The position numbers and the translations under genes were made by a program. Below, in pieces: positions 9,930 to 18,877 of a stretch of 50,030 nucleotides of DNA. Numbering within the stretch: the first letter of the stretch is position 1; every line of letters starts with the position of its first letter. This DNA comes from a virus (Duplodnaviria; Caudoviricetes). Below the pieces are notes generated by a model. That model was given only the letters and a program-made list of their open reading frames with translations, was not told the origin of the DNA and searched no databases. Location: positions 1 through 50,030 of IMG/VR virus record IMGVR_UViG_3300030329_004005; one strand, 5' to 3'.

Positions 9930-10817
9930 TTAAAATGGATTCTTCTTTCTAAAATTAGAAACCATAGAATCCATCATTTGATCTTCCGCTGATTTTTTTG
10001 ATGACTGCATATCTGCACCAGGTTGAATCCCAATAGGTTTAGGAATAGCTAACTTCTCTTGTCTTTTAACCATAGTGTTTTGTCTCATTTGAGCTTGAGG
10101 ACTTACCTGTTGTACTTCTTGAGTAACAGATGTCAAGTTCAATTGATGTAATCTAACGAGATTATCTAAAGATAATGATTCTGGAGAACTCATTGTATTA
10201 ATAAAGTCCTCAGCTTGCTCGTTAGAATAATTGTAGTTAGCTTGCAAATCATTTCGTAATTGTTGCTTTTGCATCAATTCTTTCTGTTCTGCTTGCTGTT
10301 TAGCTACTTGTTCACTACGTTGTGTTTCAAGAGATAGCATATATTCCGATAAATCATCCATATACTCATCCTTTTTGGTCAAGTATTTAGCTGATTCACT
10401 ATCTGGATCACTTAATGCATCGGTATGATCGTAATCAGATGGCTTTCGTGGTTTAATAGGTCTTTCTAATTTCACTGGCTCTTCTTCTACTGATTCTTCA
10501 GGTTTCTTTTGAGAAACTTGATTCATCATATTTGCCATTTGTTCTTTTAGAACATCTATTTCCACTTGCCTTTTATCAGATTGACTTTGCCAATACTGAA
10601 ATTGCTCTGGATCATCCTTTGGATCAATAGGACTTTGAACTTCAGATGCTTGATCTAATGCAGGTTCAGAAATTTCTGACTCATCTTTAGCTACAAATTC
10701 GTCTGAATTATCTCCAAATACCTGGTTAAATAGGTCATCTTCATTGATATCGGGTGTCGCAGTCGGTTCCTCTATCATCTCTTGTTCATTTTCTATTGCC
10801 TGTTTTTCTTCGTTCAT
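9930..10817 (-). CDS. Capsid scaffolding protein
   Basis: Acidic, coiled-coil protein between portal and capsid. The likely start is MNEEKQ at 10817, after a GGAAGGAG SD; the track starts it at 10856. Confidence 0.7.
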   Translation of the reverse strand: MNEEKQAIENEQEMIEEPTATPDINEDDLFNQVFGDNSDEFVAKDESEISEPALDQASEVQSPIDPKDDPEQFQYWQSQSDKRQVEIDVLKEQMANMMNQVSQKKPEESVEEEPVKLERPIKPRKPSDYDHTDALSDPDSESAKYLTKKDEYMDDLSEYMLSLETQRSEQVAKQQAEQKELMQKQQLRNDLQANYNYSNEQAEDFINTMSSPESLSLDNLVRLHQLNLTSVTQEVQQVSPQAQMRQNTMVKRQEKLAIPKPIGIQPGADMQSSKKSAEDQMMDSMVSNFRKKNPF

Positions 10818-10830
10818 TTTGTCTCCTTCC

Positions 10831-13134
10831 CTAACTTTCCTCTTCCATGGTCTCAAATACTTCCATGACGTTGGAATTCATCAGGTTTTTTTGAACATCT
10901 CCCAATCTAGCTTTATATAAGCTAGTTGCTGCATCAGCCTTATTAGCTTGTTGATCTAATTTCGTGCTGAATTTTTCTACTTCAAGGCGTTTCTTAGCAT
11001 TTACAGTTTCTCTATCAGCTGTTTGCAAGTCGCCTTTAACTTTCTTCAATTCTTCTTGGAGCATTTCTACTTGTTGCATTAGTTGTTTCATTTGTCCTGA
11101 ACGATTTAATACACCTTCAACATCTACAAGTTCTGATTTCTTAAGAACTTCAACTTGATCAATTAAGCCCATTTGATACATATCTTGATAAGTTTGTAAT
11201 AATGCCATTCTATTTGTTGGTAATGTAGAACCTGAAACAACTTTAATATCATATTTTCCTGCTCCTATATCATGATATTTCTTCACAGCTCCATTATCCA
11301 TTTCTTTATAGAAATTAAATCTTTCTTCTTTCTCTGTTCCATTTGGTTGTACTAATCTAATTACTTTTTCTTCAGTATAGATTTGTTGCATTAAAGGAAT
11401 TGCAACTCTTGCAACTTGATTTAATGCTTCTTCTATGTCATCTCTACGAGATTTAATTCTTCTTTGTCCAAACTCATCTACTACTAATGTTCCTCTATAA
11501 GTAGATGGTGCATTTGCTGTACTCCCTTGCATAAGTTCAAAAATACCAAACCCATACTCTAGATCATATTTAGCATCTGCTTCATTTTTATATAATTCAT
11601 TGGGAAGAGGCACGGGCCCTGCTACAATAGGTGCACCTAGTTCTGCGTCAAACTCAATTACGCTGGTTCCAGCTCTTCCCCACTCTTCCTCTATTTGACG
11701 AATATCCGCAGATCCTCTAGGAATTAATAGCTTAACATTTGTACTTGTACTTGCATGTGCTATAATCAAAGAACGTATTTTGTTGATATATTCCTGTAAA
11801 GGTCTAAATAGCCTTACATCAGACTCTGGATATGGATTTCTGTTATGTATATTCATCATTGGAATAATAGGATAATCTTCTGTAGGTAATATACGAGTAT
11901 ATAGTAAGTTGTCTCCAACACTAACTACCATCTTAACACAGCATTTTTCTATATCGTTTGCTGTTATTTGTTCCATACCAATAAGTTCTTCTGCAGTAAT
12001 AGGGGTTAATACAATAGTACTACCAGCTATGGACTCTCTAGTTTCCATTCCAGGAACTCTAATTGGATCTTGAGGTATTAAATTACCTGTTTCGTCAAAC
12101 TGAGGTTCAGGTATTTCAAAGTGATATATTGGACCGCTTTCTTTAATAAGACTAAACATTTCTTCAACAGTCCCTGTATCAAATATAATTGTTTCTTCTC
12201 CTGTAATTTTTCTAACTCTGATATACATTTTAGCTTTATATTGCTCATATTCGTCTTCCATAAAAAGAAATTCTCTATTAGAGAAAGGCTCAAAAACATT
12301 ATGATATACATGCATTTCTTTAGTATAACGTTCAATGAACTTACGTTTTGTATGTAAACGAGTATCTGAATCAGGACCAAATAGCTGTCCTTCTGTTGCT
12401 GCTAAATCTGTAGTAGGATAATCATCATTGTCATTAGGAGAAGCTTCAGAATCTAAAATAATATCCATATATTGAGGATATAATCTTTCAGCATGTTCGT
12501 CTGTTAAGTGTTTTGCTACAAGAATATGTGCAGCATCACGTGCATATATATCTTGAGAGTTAGGATCTATAAAAACATCTAAAGGATTAATTGATTTAAC
12601 ATACAATTCACCTTTACCCATATCTGCCATTGGATCTTGATATACTTGTAATACACCCATTCCGCCGACATAGTAGTCATCAATTGTTTGTTTTAACTGC
12701 TCATCTCCTGTAGATACTTCCCATACATATTGAAATAAGTCAGAAAATACTTTTGCTGTCTGTCTATCAGAATCTTCTCTTCCTGTAGAACGGAATTGAG
12801 GAGAATTATATGTTAATAAAGATTTTGCAGTTTCTACAATAGGATGTATACGATTAACAACAATAGGTGCTTGTCCACGAGATTCAAGAATTTCCTTCTC
12901 TTCATTGGTCCATTGTGCACCACCACGGAATTCTACAGCTTCCTGAAACTTTTCCGCCCATATTTCACGAGAAGACTTATATTCTTGAAATAATTCTAAC
13001 GTATGCTCAACTTCGTCTGGAATATCTGCTTCTTTATTTACAACTCTGTTATGATCGTAATTAAATACTTCTTCTAAATCAGCTAGTGATTGAGTTCTTG
13101 TCTTTGCTATCTTGTTTTGTATTTTCTCTGGCAT
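10831..13134 (-). CDS. Portal protein (P22-like podoviral portal)
   Basis: 767 aa; GAQWT..EK..L..RGQAPIVVNRIHPIV, DVFIDP, YPIIPM, LQEYINKIRS, GKYDIKVVSGSTLPTNR; C-terminal coiled coil. Confidence 0.9.
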   Translation of the reverse strand: MPEKIQNKIAKTRTQSLADLEEVFNYDHNRVVNKEADIPDEVEHTLELFQEYKSSREIWAEKFQEAVEFRGGAQWTNEEKEILESRGQAPIVVNRIHPIVETAKSLLTYNSPQFRSTGREDSDRQTAKVFSDLFQYVWEVSTGDEQLKQTIDDYYVGGMGVLQVYQDPMADMGKGELYVKSINPLDVFIDPNSQDIYARDAAHILVAKHLTDEHAERLYPQYMDIILDSEASPNDNDDYPTTDLAATEGQLFGPDSDTRLHTKRKFIERYTKEMHVYHNVFEPFSNREFLFMEDEYEQYKAKMYIRVRKITGEETIIFDTGTVEEMFSLIKESGPIYHFEIPEPQFDETGNLIPQDPIRVPGMETRESIAGSTIVLTPITAEELIGMEQITANDIEKCCVKMVVSVGDNLLYTRILPTEDYPIIPMMNIHNRNPYPESDVRLFRPLQEYINKIRSLIIAHASTSTNVKLLIPRGSADIRQIEEEWGRAGTSVIEFDAELGAPIVAGPVPLPNELYKNEADAKYDLEYGFGIFELMQGSTANAPSTYRGTLVVDEFGQRRIKSRRDDIEEALNQVARVAIPLMQQIYTEEKVIRLVQPNGTEKEERFNFYKEMDNGAVKKYHDIGAGKYDIKVVSGSTLPTNRMALLQTYQDMYQMGLIDQVEVLKKSELVDVEGVLNRSGQMKQLMQQVEMLQEELKKVKGDLQTADRETVNAKKRLEVEKFSTKLDQQANKADAATSLYKARLGDVQKNLMNSNVMEVFETMEEES

Positions 13135-13243
13135 GCTTCTCTATTATTGTATAACCTTTTGGTACTTCTGTATGCAATAAATTGTTTAATTTTTCCTTAA
13201 ATGACTTACTTGTCATATAGTATTTAATTAGATCAATATGCAT
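13079..13243 (-). CDS. Small hypothetical protein (54 aa)
   Basis: Hand translation MHIDLIKYYMTSKSFKEKLNNLLHTEVPKGY...; it starts just after the predicted promoter with an AGGA SD and overlaps the portal start. Confidence 0.4.
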   Translation of the reverse strand: MHIDLIKYYMTSKSFKEKLNNLLHTEVPKGYTIIEKHARENTKQDSKDKNSITS

Positions 13244-13261
13244 ACGATTATCCTAGTTTGT

Positions 13262-13291
13262 AAAATACGAAAAAAAAGTGGTATTTGTCAA
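13262..13291 (-). promoter_or_regulatory. Sigma70-type promoter for the portal/capsid operon
   Basis: - strand TTGACA (13291-13286), 18-nt spacer, TATTTT (13267-13262), in the terL-portal gap. Confidence 0.6.
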
Positions 13292-13298
13292 GGATTAT

Positions 13299-14783
13299 TT
13301 ACATTAATTTCCAGCTTTTTGGGGCATAATCGTAATAATCTTCCACATCTTCCTCTTCTTCTATGTCATGAACAGGTTTATATGCATTTTTGTTAGCATA
13401 GAAAAATCCATCTAATAAGTCATCATGTTTACCTCTAGGATACAATAATAGTTCATCTAATAGCGGTTGCATATTATCTCTTATATAAACTTTACCTTGT
13501 GCAAACAAAGGTTGCAAGCTTTCCAGCCTATAAGACTTAGATGTTCTTGGATTTTCTTTAATTTCTAACCCAGGAATAAATAATCCCAGTTCTTCTGACT
13601 TTTCTTTAATATATTGACGTAACATCTCCTGATATCCCACTGACTCAATTCTTGTTCTTGCACTATTGTATTCTACAAAATTATCTATAATAGCATCTGC
13701 CAATGCTAATGGAGTAGCCCGATTTCTATAATATGGAAGCACATATCTGTTGTTTTCAGCATCTATTGCTATATTAAACACAACAGAGAAGTCTGCCCCT
13801 CTTTTAGTGCTAGATGCTGGATCAACACCTGTAAAAATATTTACGGGTATTCTTTTATCTACTTTTTTTCCATTTATCTCTTTTAATACCATATATGGGT
13901 ATCCATAATCGTCTAAATCGTAATGTCCGTCATAATACTGAATATCTTCTTCTCTAAATAGATTTTCTTCATCACCTACAATTTGACATAGATATTCTCT
14001 ATAAAATACAGAAATACGATTAATACTTTCTAATTCTTCTTTTTTCTGAGCCAGTTTATCTATCGGCCATACTTCTGGCCATAAAGAAAGCTTTTCTTCC
14101 ATATCAGGTGCAAATGTTAAACTTTTCCACCCCTTCATATCCTTAAGTGTTTCTACTAAACAACGTTGGTGCTGCGGTGTACCAATAACACATACTCTTC
14201 CTTTGAGTGGATCCAAGGAAGGAACCCCAGATTGCAGCAACCAACGAAGGTTAGACTCCATTGCCTCTGCTGTCTTAGTATTGTTTTCATCTTCTGGATC
14301 ATCTAATATAATTAAAGTAGGACGTTGATTTCCATGTTTGATACCTCTAATCTGCTGTCCTGTACCCTTACATATGATAACTGAACCATCTTTTAACTCT
14401 ATTTCAGCATTAGACCACTTTCTTGCTGATTGCATTCCCCAGTATCCAAAAAAGTATCTGAACTCCTGGGAATAGTCTAATGTGTCTTTTATTGTCCCTA
14501 ACAACTTAGTTGCGTGTCCCTGTGTACGGGAAACTAGCACAATAACTTTTGGTCCTTTATCAAACATCAAATGAAATAAGGGATACACACCAGCTACGAT
14601 AGAAGACTTGGCATGTCCACGAGGTGCAATGATATTAATTTGACTTGAATCTTGATTTAACAGTTCTTTGGTAATTTCATAATGAAAGTTAGGAGAATTC
14701 TCACTAAACATATTAGGCATCACCATTCTGCCAAATAACAACATATCTTGTTGCATTTCTAGAAGTATCTTATCTTTATCCAT
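13299..14783 (-). CDS. terL: Terminase large subunit
   Basis: Walker A APRGHAKS, Walker B LIILDDPE, VIGTP motif, nuclease GVDPA and GKHDDLLD. Confidence 0.93.
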   Translation of the reverse strand: MDKDKILLEMQQDMLLFGRMVMPNMFSENSPNFHYEITKELLNQDSSQINIIAPRGHAKSSIVAGVYPLFHLMFDKGPKVIVLVSRTQGHATKLLGTIKDTLDYSQEFRYFFGYWGMQSARKWSNAEIELKDGSVIICKGTGQQIRGIKHGNQRPTLIILDDPEDENNTKTAEAMESNLRWLLQSGVPSLDPLKGRVCVIGTPQHQRCLVETLKDMKGWKSLTFAPDMEEKLSLWPEVWPIDKLAQKKEELESINRISVFYREYLCQIVGDEENLFREEDIQYYDGHYDLDDYGYPYMVLKEINGKKVDKRIPVNIFTGVDPASSTKRGADFSVVFNIAIDAENNRYVLPYYRNRATPLALADAIIDNFVEYNSARTRIESVGYQEMLRQYIKEKSEELGLFIPGLEIKENPRTSKSYRLESLQPLFAQGKVYIRDNMQPLLDELLLYPRGKHDDLLDGFFYANKNAYKPVHDIEEEEDVEDYYDYAPKSWKLM

Positions 14784-15038
14784 TTATTTATCTAATACAC
14801 AAAGAATATTGTTCTGACTCATAAATAGGACTTCTTGTTTTTCAATATCTTGAACTACAAAGCCTGGGCCAAACAATACTTTGTCATCTATGTTAACTTC
14901 ATCAGCTTTTTTGCCTTTAGCTACGACTATACCTACATTTTCCTGTATAACAATATCATCTGTTAAGATAATTCCTGCTTCAGTCTTATCTTTCTTAGGC
15001 TGTTGCTTGATTACTACTTCGTCTCTTAGGGGTTTCAT
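14784..15038 (-). CDS. groES: Co-chaperonin GroES (Cpn10)
   Basis: MKPLRDEVVIK...KTEAGIIL...GIVVAKG...VNIDDKVLF...ILCVL matches the Cpn10 signature. Confidence 0.88.
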   Translation of the reverse strand: MKPLRDEVVIKQQPKKDKTEAGIILTDDIVIQENVGIVVAKGKKADEVNIDDKVLFGPGFVVQDIEKQEVLFMSQNNILCVLDK

Positions 15039-15159
15039 CTTCTCTCCTTGGTTGTGTTTCTACTACTGTAACTCCCCATTCTGGGGCTACATCTTTTAAA
15101 ACTGCGAGCAACTCATCTAGATTTTGACTATTCCCCGATAACTTTATTATCTTTTTCAT
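14995..15159 (-). CDS. Small hypothetical protein (54 aa)
   Basis: Hand translation MKKIIKLSGNSQNLDELLAVLKDVAPEWGVTVVETQP...; fills the gap between flanking genes with short overlaps. Confidence 0.45.
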   Translation of the reverse strand: MKKIIKLSGNSQNLDELLAVLKDVAPEWGVTVVETQPRREDETPKRRSSNQATA

Positions 15160-15910
15160 CTATATCCTGGGTTTTAGTTGCTTTTAACTTTTTAGTCTGT
15201 TTCTTGTAAGAATCAGCAATTTGATGCGACATATCTACCTCTACAGACTCTGTAACTTGTTTTGTTTTAGGAGCCATATCTAAAAATATAGACAGTTCTT
15301 TGGCACCACGGATCATATCAGAGCTACTTTCTTTAACCTTAGCTACATCTATAGCATCTTTTATAACATCTAATACATATCCTTCATCGACACCCTTTTC
15401 TACAAGGATCTCTTTCAACTTTTCTTCAATCATCTTTTTCACCTCTTTTAGCTTAAGTAATTTTTTTGCGGCGATTACGGGGTTTTCTTGATCAGGCCTA
15501 TACAACTTACCTATTTTATATAGATCTGGCTGTATACCTGCCATTTTGTAGGTTAGAAAGGCATCTACAGCAAGTTCTGCCCTAGCAGTTTTAGCTTCAA
15601 TCTCACTATAAGGCTTTGTAGACACCGTACAAAAGTTACCTGAAGCATAATGGGGTTCAAACTCTAATTTCCTTGTTTTCCCCAGCCATTGACGTCCAAA
15701 AGGGTATACCATCTCAGTATTTGTCTTGTATTCATTCCTCGATATACACTCAGAAACATACTTATCATCACTGATCCCATACTCACCTGGCTCCGTTTTC
15801 TGCCAAAAATTATAGGATATCCCTTTTTCCTTGGCTTCTGCCTCTGTATATATAATATATTCTACAGGTTGAAAATTATTTTTCTTCAGCTTCTTTGTTA
15901 TTCTTATCAT
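15128..15910 (-). CDS. Putative terminase small subunit
   Basis: Lies upstream of terL. The C-terminal half has an HTH-like segment and a helical VDEGYVLDVIKDAID...MIRGAKELSIFLDM pattern typical of TerS. Confidence 0.45.
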   Translation of the reverse strand: MIRITKKLKKNNFQPVEYIIYTEAEAKEKGISYNFWQKTEPGEYGISDDKYVSECISRNEYKTNTEMVYPFGRQWLGKTRKLEFEPHYASGNFCTVSTKPYSEIEAKTARAELAVDAFLTYKMAGIQPDLYKIGKLYRPDQENPVIAAKKLLKLKEVKKMIEEKLKEILVEKGVDEGYVLDVIKDAIDVAKVKESSSDMIRGAKELSIFLDMAPKTKQVTESVEVDMSHQIADSYKKQTKKLKATKTQDIDEKDNKVIGE

Positions 15911-16097
15911 TTTTTTCTTTATGTTCCGACAAAAATTTTATGAATTCATCTTTCTCCCCCTTCATCTCTATATAGAGGTCTAGGGCCTTATCGCCGTTGA
16001 AAACTTGCATCGTTAATACTTTCAATTCCGATAATATCAAACGTATAATATTCATTAATTCCTTTATCGTAGGTTTCTTCTGTTTACGCTTCGCCAT
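15876..16097 (-). CDS. Hypothetical protein
   Basis: ORF track, 73 aa, AGGAG SD, operon context. Confidence 0.65.
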   Translation of the reverse strand: MAKRKQKKPTIKELMNIIRLILSELKVLTMQVFNGDKALDLYIEMKGEKDEFIKFLSEHKEKNDKNNKEAEEK

Positions 16098-16181
16098 AAC
16101 GTTTCTCCTTTTCGTAATTAATTATTTATAATAATTAATGTATGTAATAACGTTTATATTAACGTTAATACCTTACACTCA

Positions 16182-16397
16182 CTAGTTTAGCTCACGATCG
16201 CTACGTAATAGAATCCCTAAATCTAAAGCTTCCATGATCACATTAATTTCAATTTCTGCCAACATTATCTCTTTGATCCTTTGCACTTCGGGAGATTTCG
16301 AAGAAACTGGTACTTTAACCCATTGTTCCCCATCCCACTTCTCCAGATAGTGTGAATCCATAATTTTTTTCATTATATCTTTTGGTAACTTTGACAT
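16182..16397 (-). CDS. Hypothetical protein, first gene of the leftward unit (probably leaderless)
   Basis: ORF track, 71 aa; ATG is 7 nt downstream of a -10 box and has no SD. Confidence 0.6.
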   Translation of the reverse strand: MSKLPKDIMKKIMDSHYLEKWDGEQWVKVPVSSKSPEVQRIKEIMLAEIEINVIMEALDLGILLRSDRELN

Positions 16398-16404
16398 TTT
16401 ATAT

Positions 16405-16433
16405 AATATAAGGCAATTTTTTCAAAAATACAA
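16405..16433 (-). promoter_or_regulatory. Sigma70-type leftward promoter
   Basis: - strand TTGTAT (16433-16428), 17-nt spacer, TATATT (16410-16405). Confidence 0.6.
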
Positions 16434-16461
16434 GTAGAATGTGTGTACTTGGTATATAATC

Positions 16462-16646
16462 AACCCATACCACCTTGATATTCGTCAACAGGTTGTTTTT
16501 TCGTTGAAATTCTTCAACGAAAAGAAATTAGAGAAACAACGAAGGGCTGTCGTTTCTCTAATTTCCCACAACCTGCCTTGCGAACGAAAACAAAATGATG
16601 TCCGCAAGGTGCAAAGCATTGACGAATAACAAGGCGGTATAGGGTT
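16462..16646. other. Multibranch secondary-structure element at the early/late divergence
   Basis: Outer stem of about 25 bp (16462-16488 with 16619-16646); inner stems 16489-16496/16568-16575, 16498-16508/16513-16523, 16524-16537/16552-16565 and 16576-16582/16603-16609. Confidence 0.75.
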
Positions 16647-16724
16647 CCCATGCCCTTACAGGGTAGCAACAATGTTGCCTTAATTTTAATTAACACCTAC
16701 ATATCGTAGGGAAAGGAATAAATT

Positions 16725-17186
16725 ATGTCTTCGCAATTTATTTCAGAAAGAGAATATTCATCATCATTCGTTCCAATGAATGGTTTGTTTGTATCAGCCA
16801 AGTTGTTGGAAAAGAAAGATGATGAATATGTTGAAACGAATTTTCATTCATCCTGTTTAGATGATGTATCCACAGGTTTAGGATACAAGAATTCTAAAAC
16901 AGGAAAACAGATGAAAGTTCAGGTTGTTGTTATTCATAGCAACCTGAAATCAGACTGTTTGGTTGATGAAAAGACTTTTCACTCTTTCATTGATGACTGT
17001 GATAGCATACTTGCTAAATCAATGCGAATGGTTAATCGTGAAAGATTACCATATGCAGTAGATGATGATAGCAAGCGCTATGATAGTCAACCTGTTGGCT
17101 TTGCCCAATGGAAAAAGGTATTGTTGGAAAAAGAATGGAAAGCATTTTCATTCGATTTGCAACAGTTAATGCCAACAGGTAAATAA
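16725..17186 (+). CDS. Hypothetical early protein (first rightward gene)
   Basis: 153 aa, GAAAGGA SD, followed by a hairpin. Confidence 0.75.
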   Translation: MSSQFISEREYSSSFVPMNGLFVSAKLLEKKDDEYVETNFHSSCLDDVSTGLGYKNSKTGKQMKVQVVVIHSNLKSDCLVDEKTFHSFIDDCDSILAKSMRMVNRERLPYAVDDDSKRYDSQPVGFAQWKKVLLEKEWKAFSFDLQQLMPTGK

Positions 17187-17198
17187 GTGTTTCTTGAT

Positions 17199-17227
17199 AA
17201 GGGATATCATTCGTTTGGTATCCCTTT
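17199..17227 (+). terminator. Hairpin after the first early gene (terminator or processing stem)
   Basis: aagggatatca-ttcgtt-tggtatccctt, 11 bp with one U-G pair, short T run. Confidence 0.55.
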
Positions 17228-17281
17228 GAAAGAAATCCAGGATTTAATACCTTACAATAGACATTTTGTAAGTTAAAAGAT

Positions 17282-17348
17282 TAATGGAATGTGAATGGCG
17301 CAAGTCCCAATACATTACCAGAGTGTGAGTCTTTGGCACATTCCATTA
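17282..17348 (+). ncRNA. Candidate structured RNA element A
   Basis: Perfect 12-bp closing stem taatggaatgtg/cacattccatta with internal hairpins, including a GCAA loop. Confidence 0.45.
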
Positions 17349-17385
17349 TAATTTTATTTTAATACTAATACTTTACAATTAATTT

Positions 17386-17483
17386 ATAGTGCGAAATGAT
17401 AAACAATGCTATACCTCTTTACAAAGTGAGTTAGTTATTTATTCATTTCATTGTTGTTTACCCTATTAATCATTTCGCACTAT
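17386..17483 (+). ncRNA. Candidate structured RNA element B
   Basis: Perfect 15-bp closing stem atagtgcgaaatgat/atcatttcgcactat. Confidence 0.45.
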
Positions 17484-17507
17484 TCAATTAAAGAAAGAGA
17501 GAAAGAA

Positions 17508-17735
17508 ATGGATGATAGTTGGAACATTAAAAAAGAAAAACATTTAAATCCCAATAATATAATCTTTAAAGATATATCATATGTTAAATTATATTTAACA
17601 ATGAAAAAAGTAGATGATGAAATAAAAAAGACAAGAAAAGAAAATAAATCATTTACTATGCAAGATTATGCTAAAAAAGTTTTTAATTTAGGTTATAACG
17701 AAGAATTATTTAAACAGAAAAAAAGGGACAAATGA
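17508..17735 (+). CDS. Hypothetical early protein
   Basis: Likely start is MDDSW at 17508 after a purine-rich SD; the track's TTG start lies inside stem B. ATGA overlap with the next gene. Confidence 0.6.
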   Translation: MDDSWNIKKEKHLNPNNIIFKDISYVKLYLTMKKVDDEIKKTRKENKSFTMQDYAKKVFNLGYNEELFKQKKRDK

Positions 17736-17986
17736 TGATAAGTAAAGGAATAATAATTAATACTTTAACTAAAAATCAACAGTTATCAATAGCAATGATG
17801 ATAAACACTCTGAAAGTAAATTCAAATATTATGGTTAATCATAATAATTTAAAGGCAAGAGTATATGCTGAAATGGATATGCTTTCAGATGATATAATGA
17901 TTGATATAGATTTAAGTAACCTTGATGAATTGTTATTTACAAATGTAATGTCTAAAAGAAATTGTTTTAACACATTTGTAAATTAA
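17732..17986 (+). CDS. Hypothetical early protein
   Basis: ORF track, 84 aa, translationally coupled. Confidence 0.6.
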   Translation: MMISKGIIINTLTKNQQLSIAMMINTLKVNSNIMVNHNNLKARVYAEMDMLSDDIMIDIDLSNLDELLFTNVMSKRNCFNTFVN

Positions 17987-18006
17987 TAGGTATTGATTAA
18001 CCAAAG

Positions 18007-18220
18007 AAAGTGCAATTTAGTATAGTTATAAGGAATTAGCAGGATCATAGTGTATGGAAATACAGGTAGAATAGTAGAAACAACTCTAAAAGTCTACATT
18101 AATGTTAATTAAAATAGTTCCTTGTAATAGTGTATTTGCGAATTAAATTCACCAGAACATTGAAACATATTAGTATGGTTGGAATTCCCATAGGCATTGG
18201 AACTATACTAATTGCACTTT
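18007..18220 (+). ncRNA. Candidate structured RNA element C (about 214 nt)
   Basis: 20-bp closing stem with one bulge (aaagtgcaatttagtatagtt/aactatactaattgcacttt); inner stem ataaggaatta/tagttccttgt has G-U pairs on the + strand. Confidence 0.5.
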
Positions 18221-18249
18221 ACATTTTAAACTTATGAAAGTAGGTATAT

Positions 18250-18435
18250 ATGTTATATTATAATGATTATGTATATATTCCTAAACATAAACCAGAAATA
18301 GTTGAATTAATTATTAAGAGATTAGGCGGTAATAAGTCTAAATGGAATAAATACCCTGTTAATAGTCTTAAAAAACTACTTTGGAAATATGATAAAGGAT
18401 ATATAGTTAAGGAAAGGAATAGTAATGGATGTTAA
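18250..18435 (+). CDS. Hypothetical early protein
   Basis: ORF track, 61 aa, AGGT SD. Confidence 0.6.
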   Translation: MLYYNDYVYIPKHKPEIVELIIKRLGGNKSKWNKYPVNSLKKLLWKYDKGYIVKERNSNGC

Positions 18436-18667
18436 ATACTATACAGAAAGAATATTACAACTATTTTTAAGATTATCTTTTACAATGTCTTTTGTAGTTG
18501 TATTAATAGTTAAATCATTGTTTTATCATTCTGATAATTCAATGTATAGTGATGATTTTAATATTTGGTTAACAAATTATACAGTTGAATTAGTAGATAC
18601 AGCAATAATTTTAACTGCAATAACTATAATATTAAAATTAATTCAAAAGTTAATCAGTAAATATTAG
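18425..18667 (+). CDS. Small membrane protein (two predicted TM helices)
   Basis: Hydrophobic stretches LFLRLSFTMSFVVVLIVKSLF and LVDTAIILTAITIILKLI; GAAAGGA SD. Confidence 0.6.
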   Translation: MDVKYYTERILQLFLRLSFTMSFVVVLIVKSLFYHSDNSMYSDDFNIWLTNYTVELVDTAIILTAITIILKLIQKLISKY

Positions 18668-18699
18668 AGTAAATAATACCCTTCTATATTTACTTATAT

Positions 18700-18788
18700 A
18701 GTAATAAAGAATTAAGGATAATTGGTTAGGTTCCAACCACAATTAAGATAAATATATAATGTATTTATACCTTAATTCCTTTATTACT
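18700..18788 (+). ncRNA. Candidate structured RNA element D
   Basis: Bulged stem of about 19 bp (agtaataaagaattaaggata/taccttaattcctttattact) ending right before a GAAAGGA SD. Confidence 0.45.
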
Positions 18789-18805
18789 GAAAGGAATAAA
18801 TAATT

Positions 18806-18877
18806 ATGCCTCTATGTAGAATATGTAAGCAAAATCATACTACTAAATATCATAAAAAATATTTAGGTAGTAAATAA
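18806..18877 (+). CDS. 23-aa CxxC-H-H micropeptide
   Basis: MPLCRICKQNHTTKYHKKYLGSK; GAAAGGA SD; TAATG coupling to the next ORF. Confidence 0.5.
   Translation: MPLCRICKQNHTTKYHKKYLGSK

Noticed and set aside
16391-16407. + strand TTGACA...TATAAT as a promoter
   Set aside because: The hexamers are only 5 nt apart; the properly spaced promoter is on the - strand.
16441-16696. ORFs 16441..16629 (+) and 16514..16696 (-)
   Set aside because: Non-ATG starts, no SD, and both overlap the structured element; probably spurious.
17282-17348. tRNA or hammerhead ribozyme identity for the stem-closed elements
   Set aside because: No T-loop GTTC cloverleaf or CCA end, and no CUGANGA/GAAA core was seen. 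No tRNA was recognised anywhere in the window.
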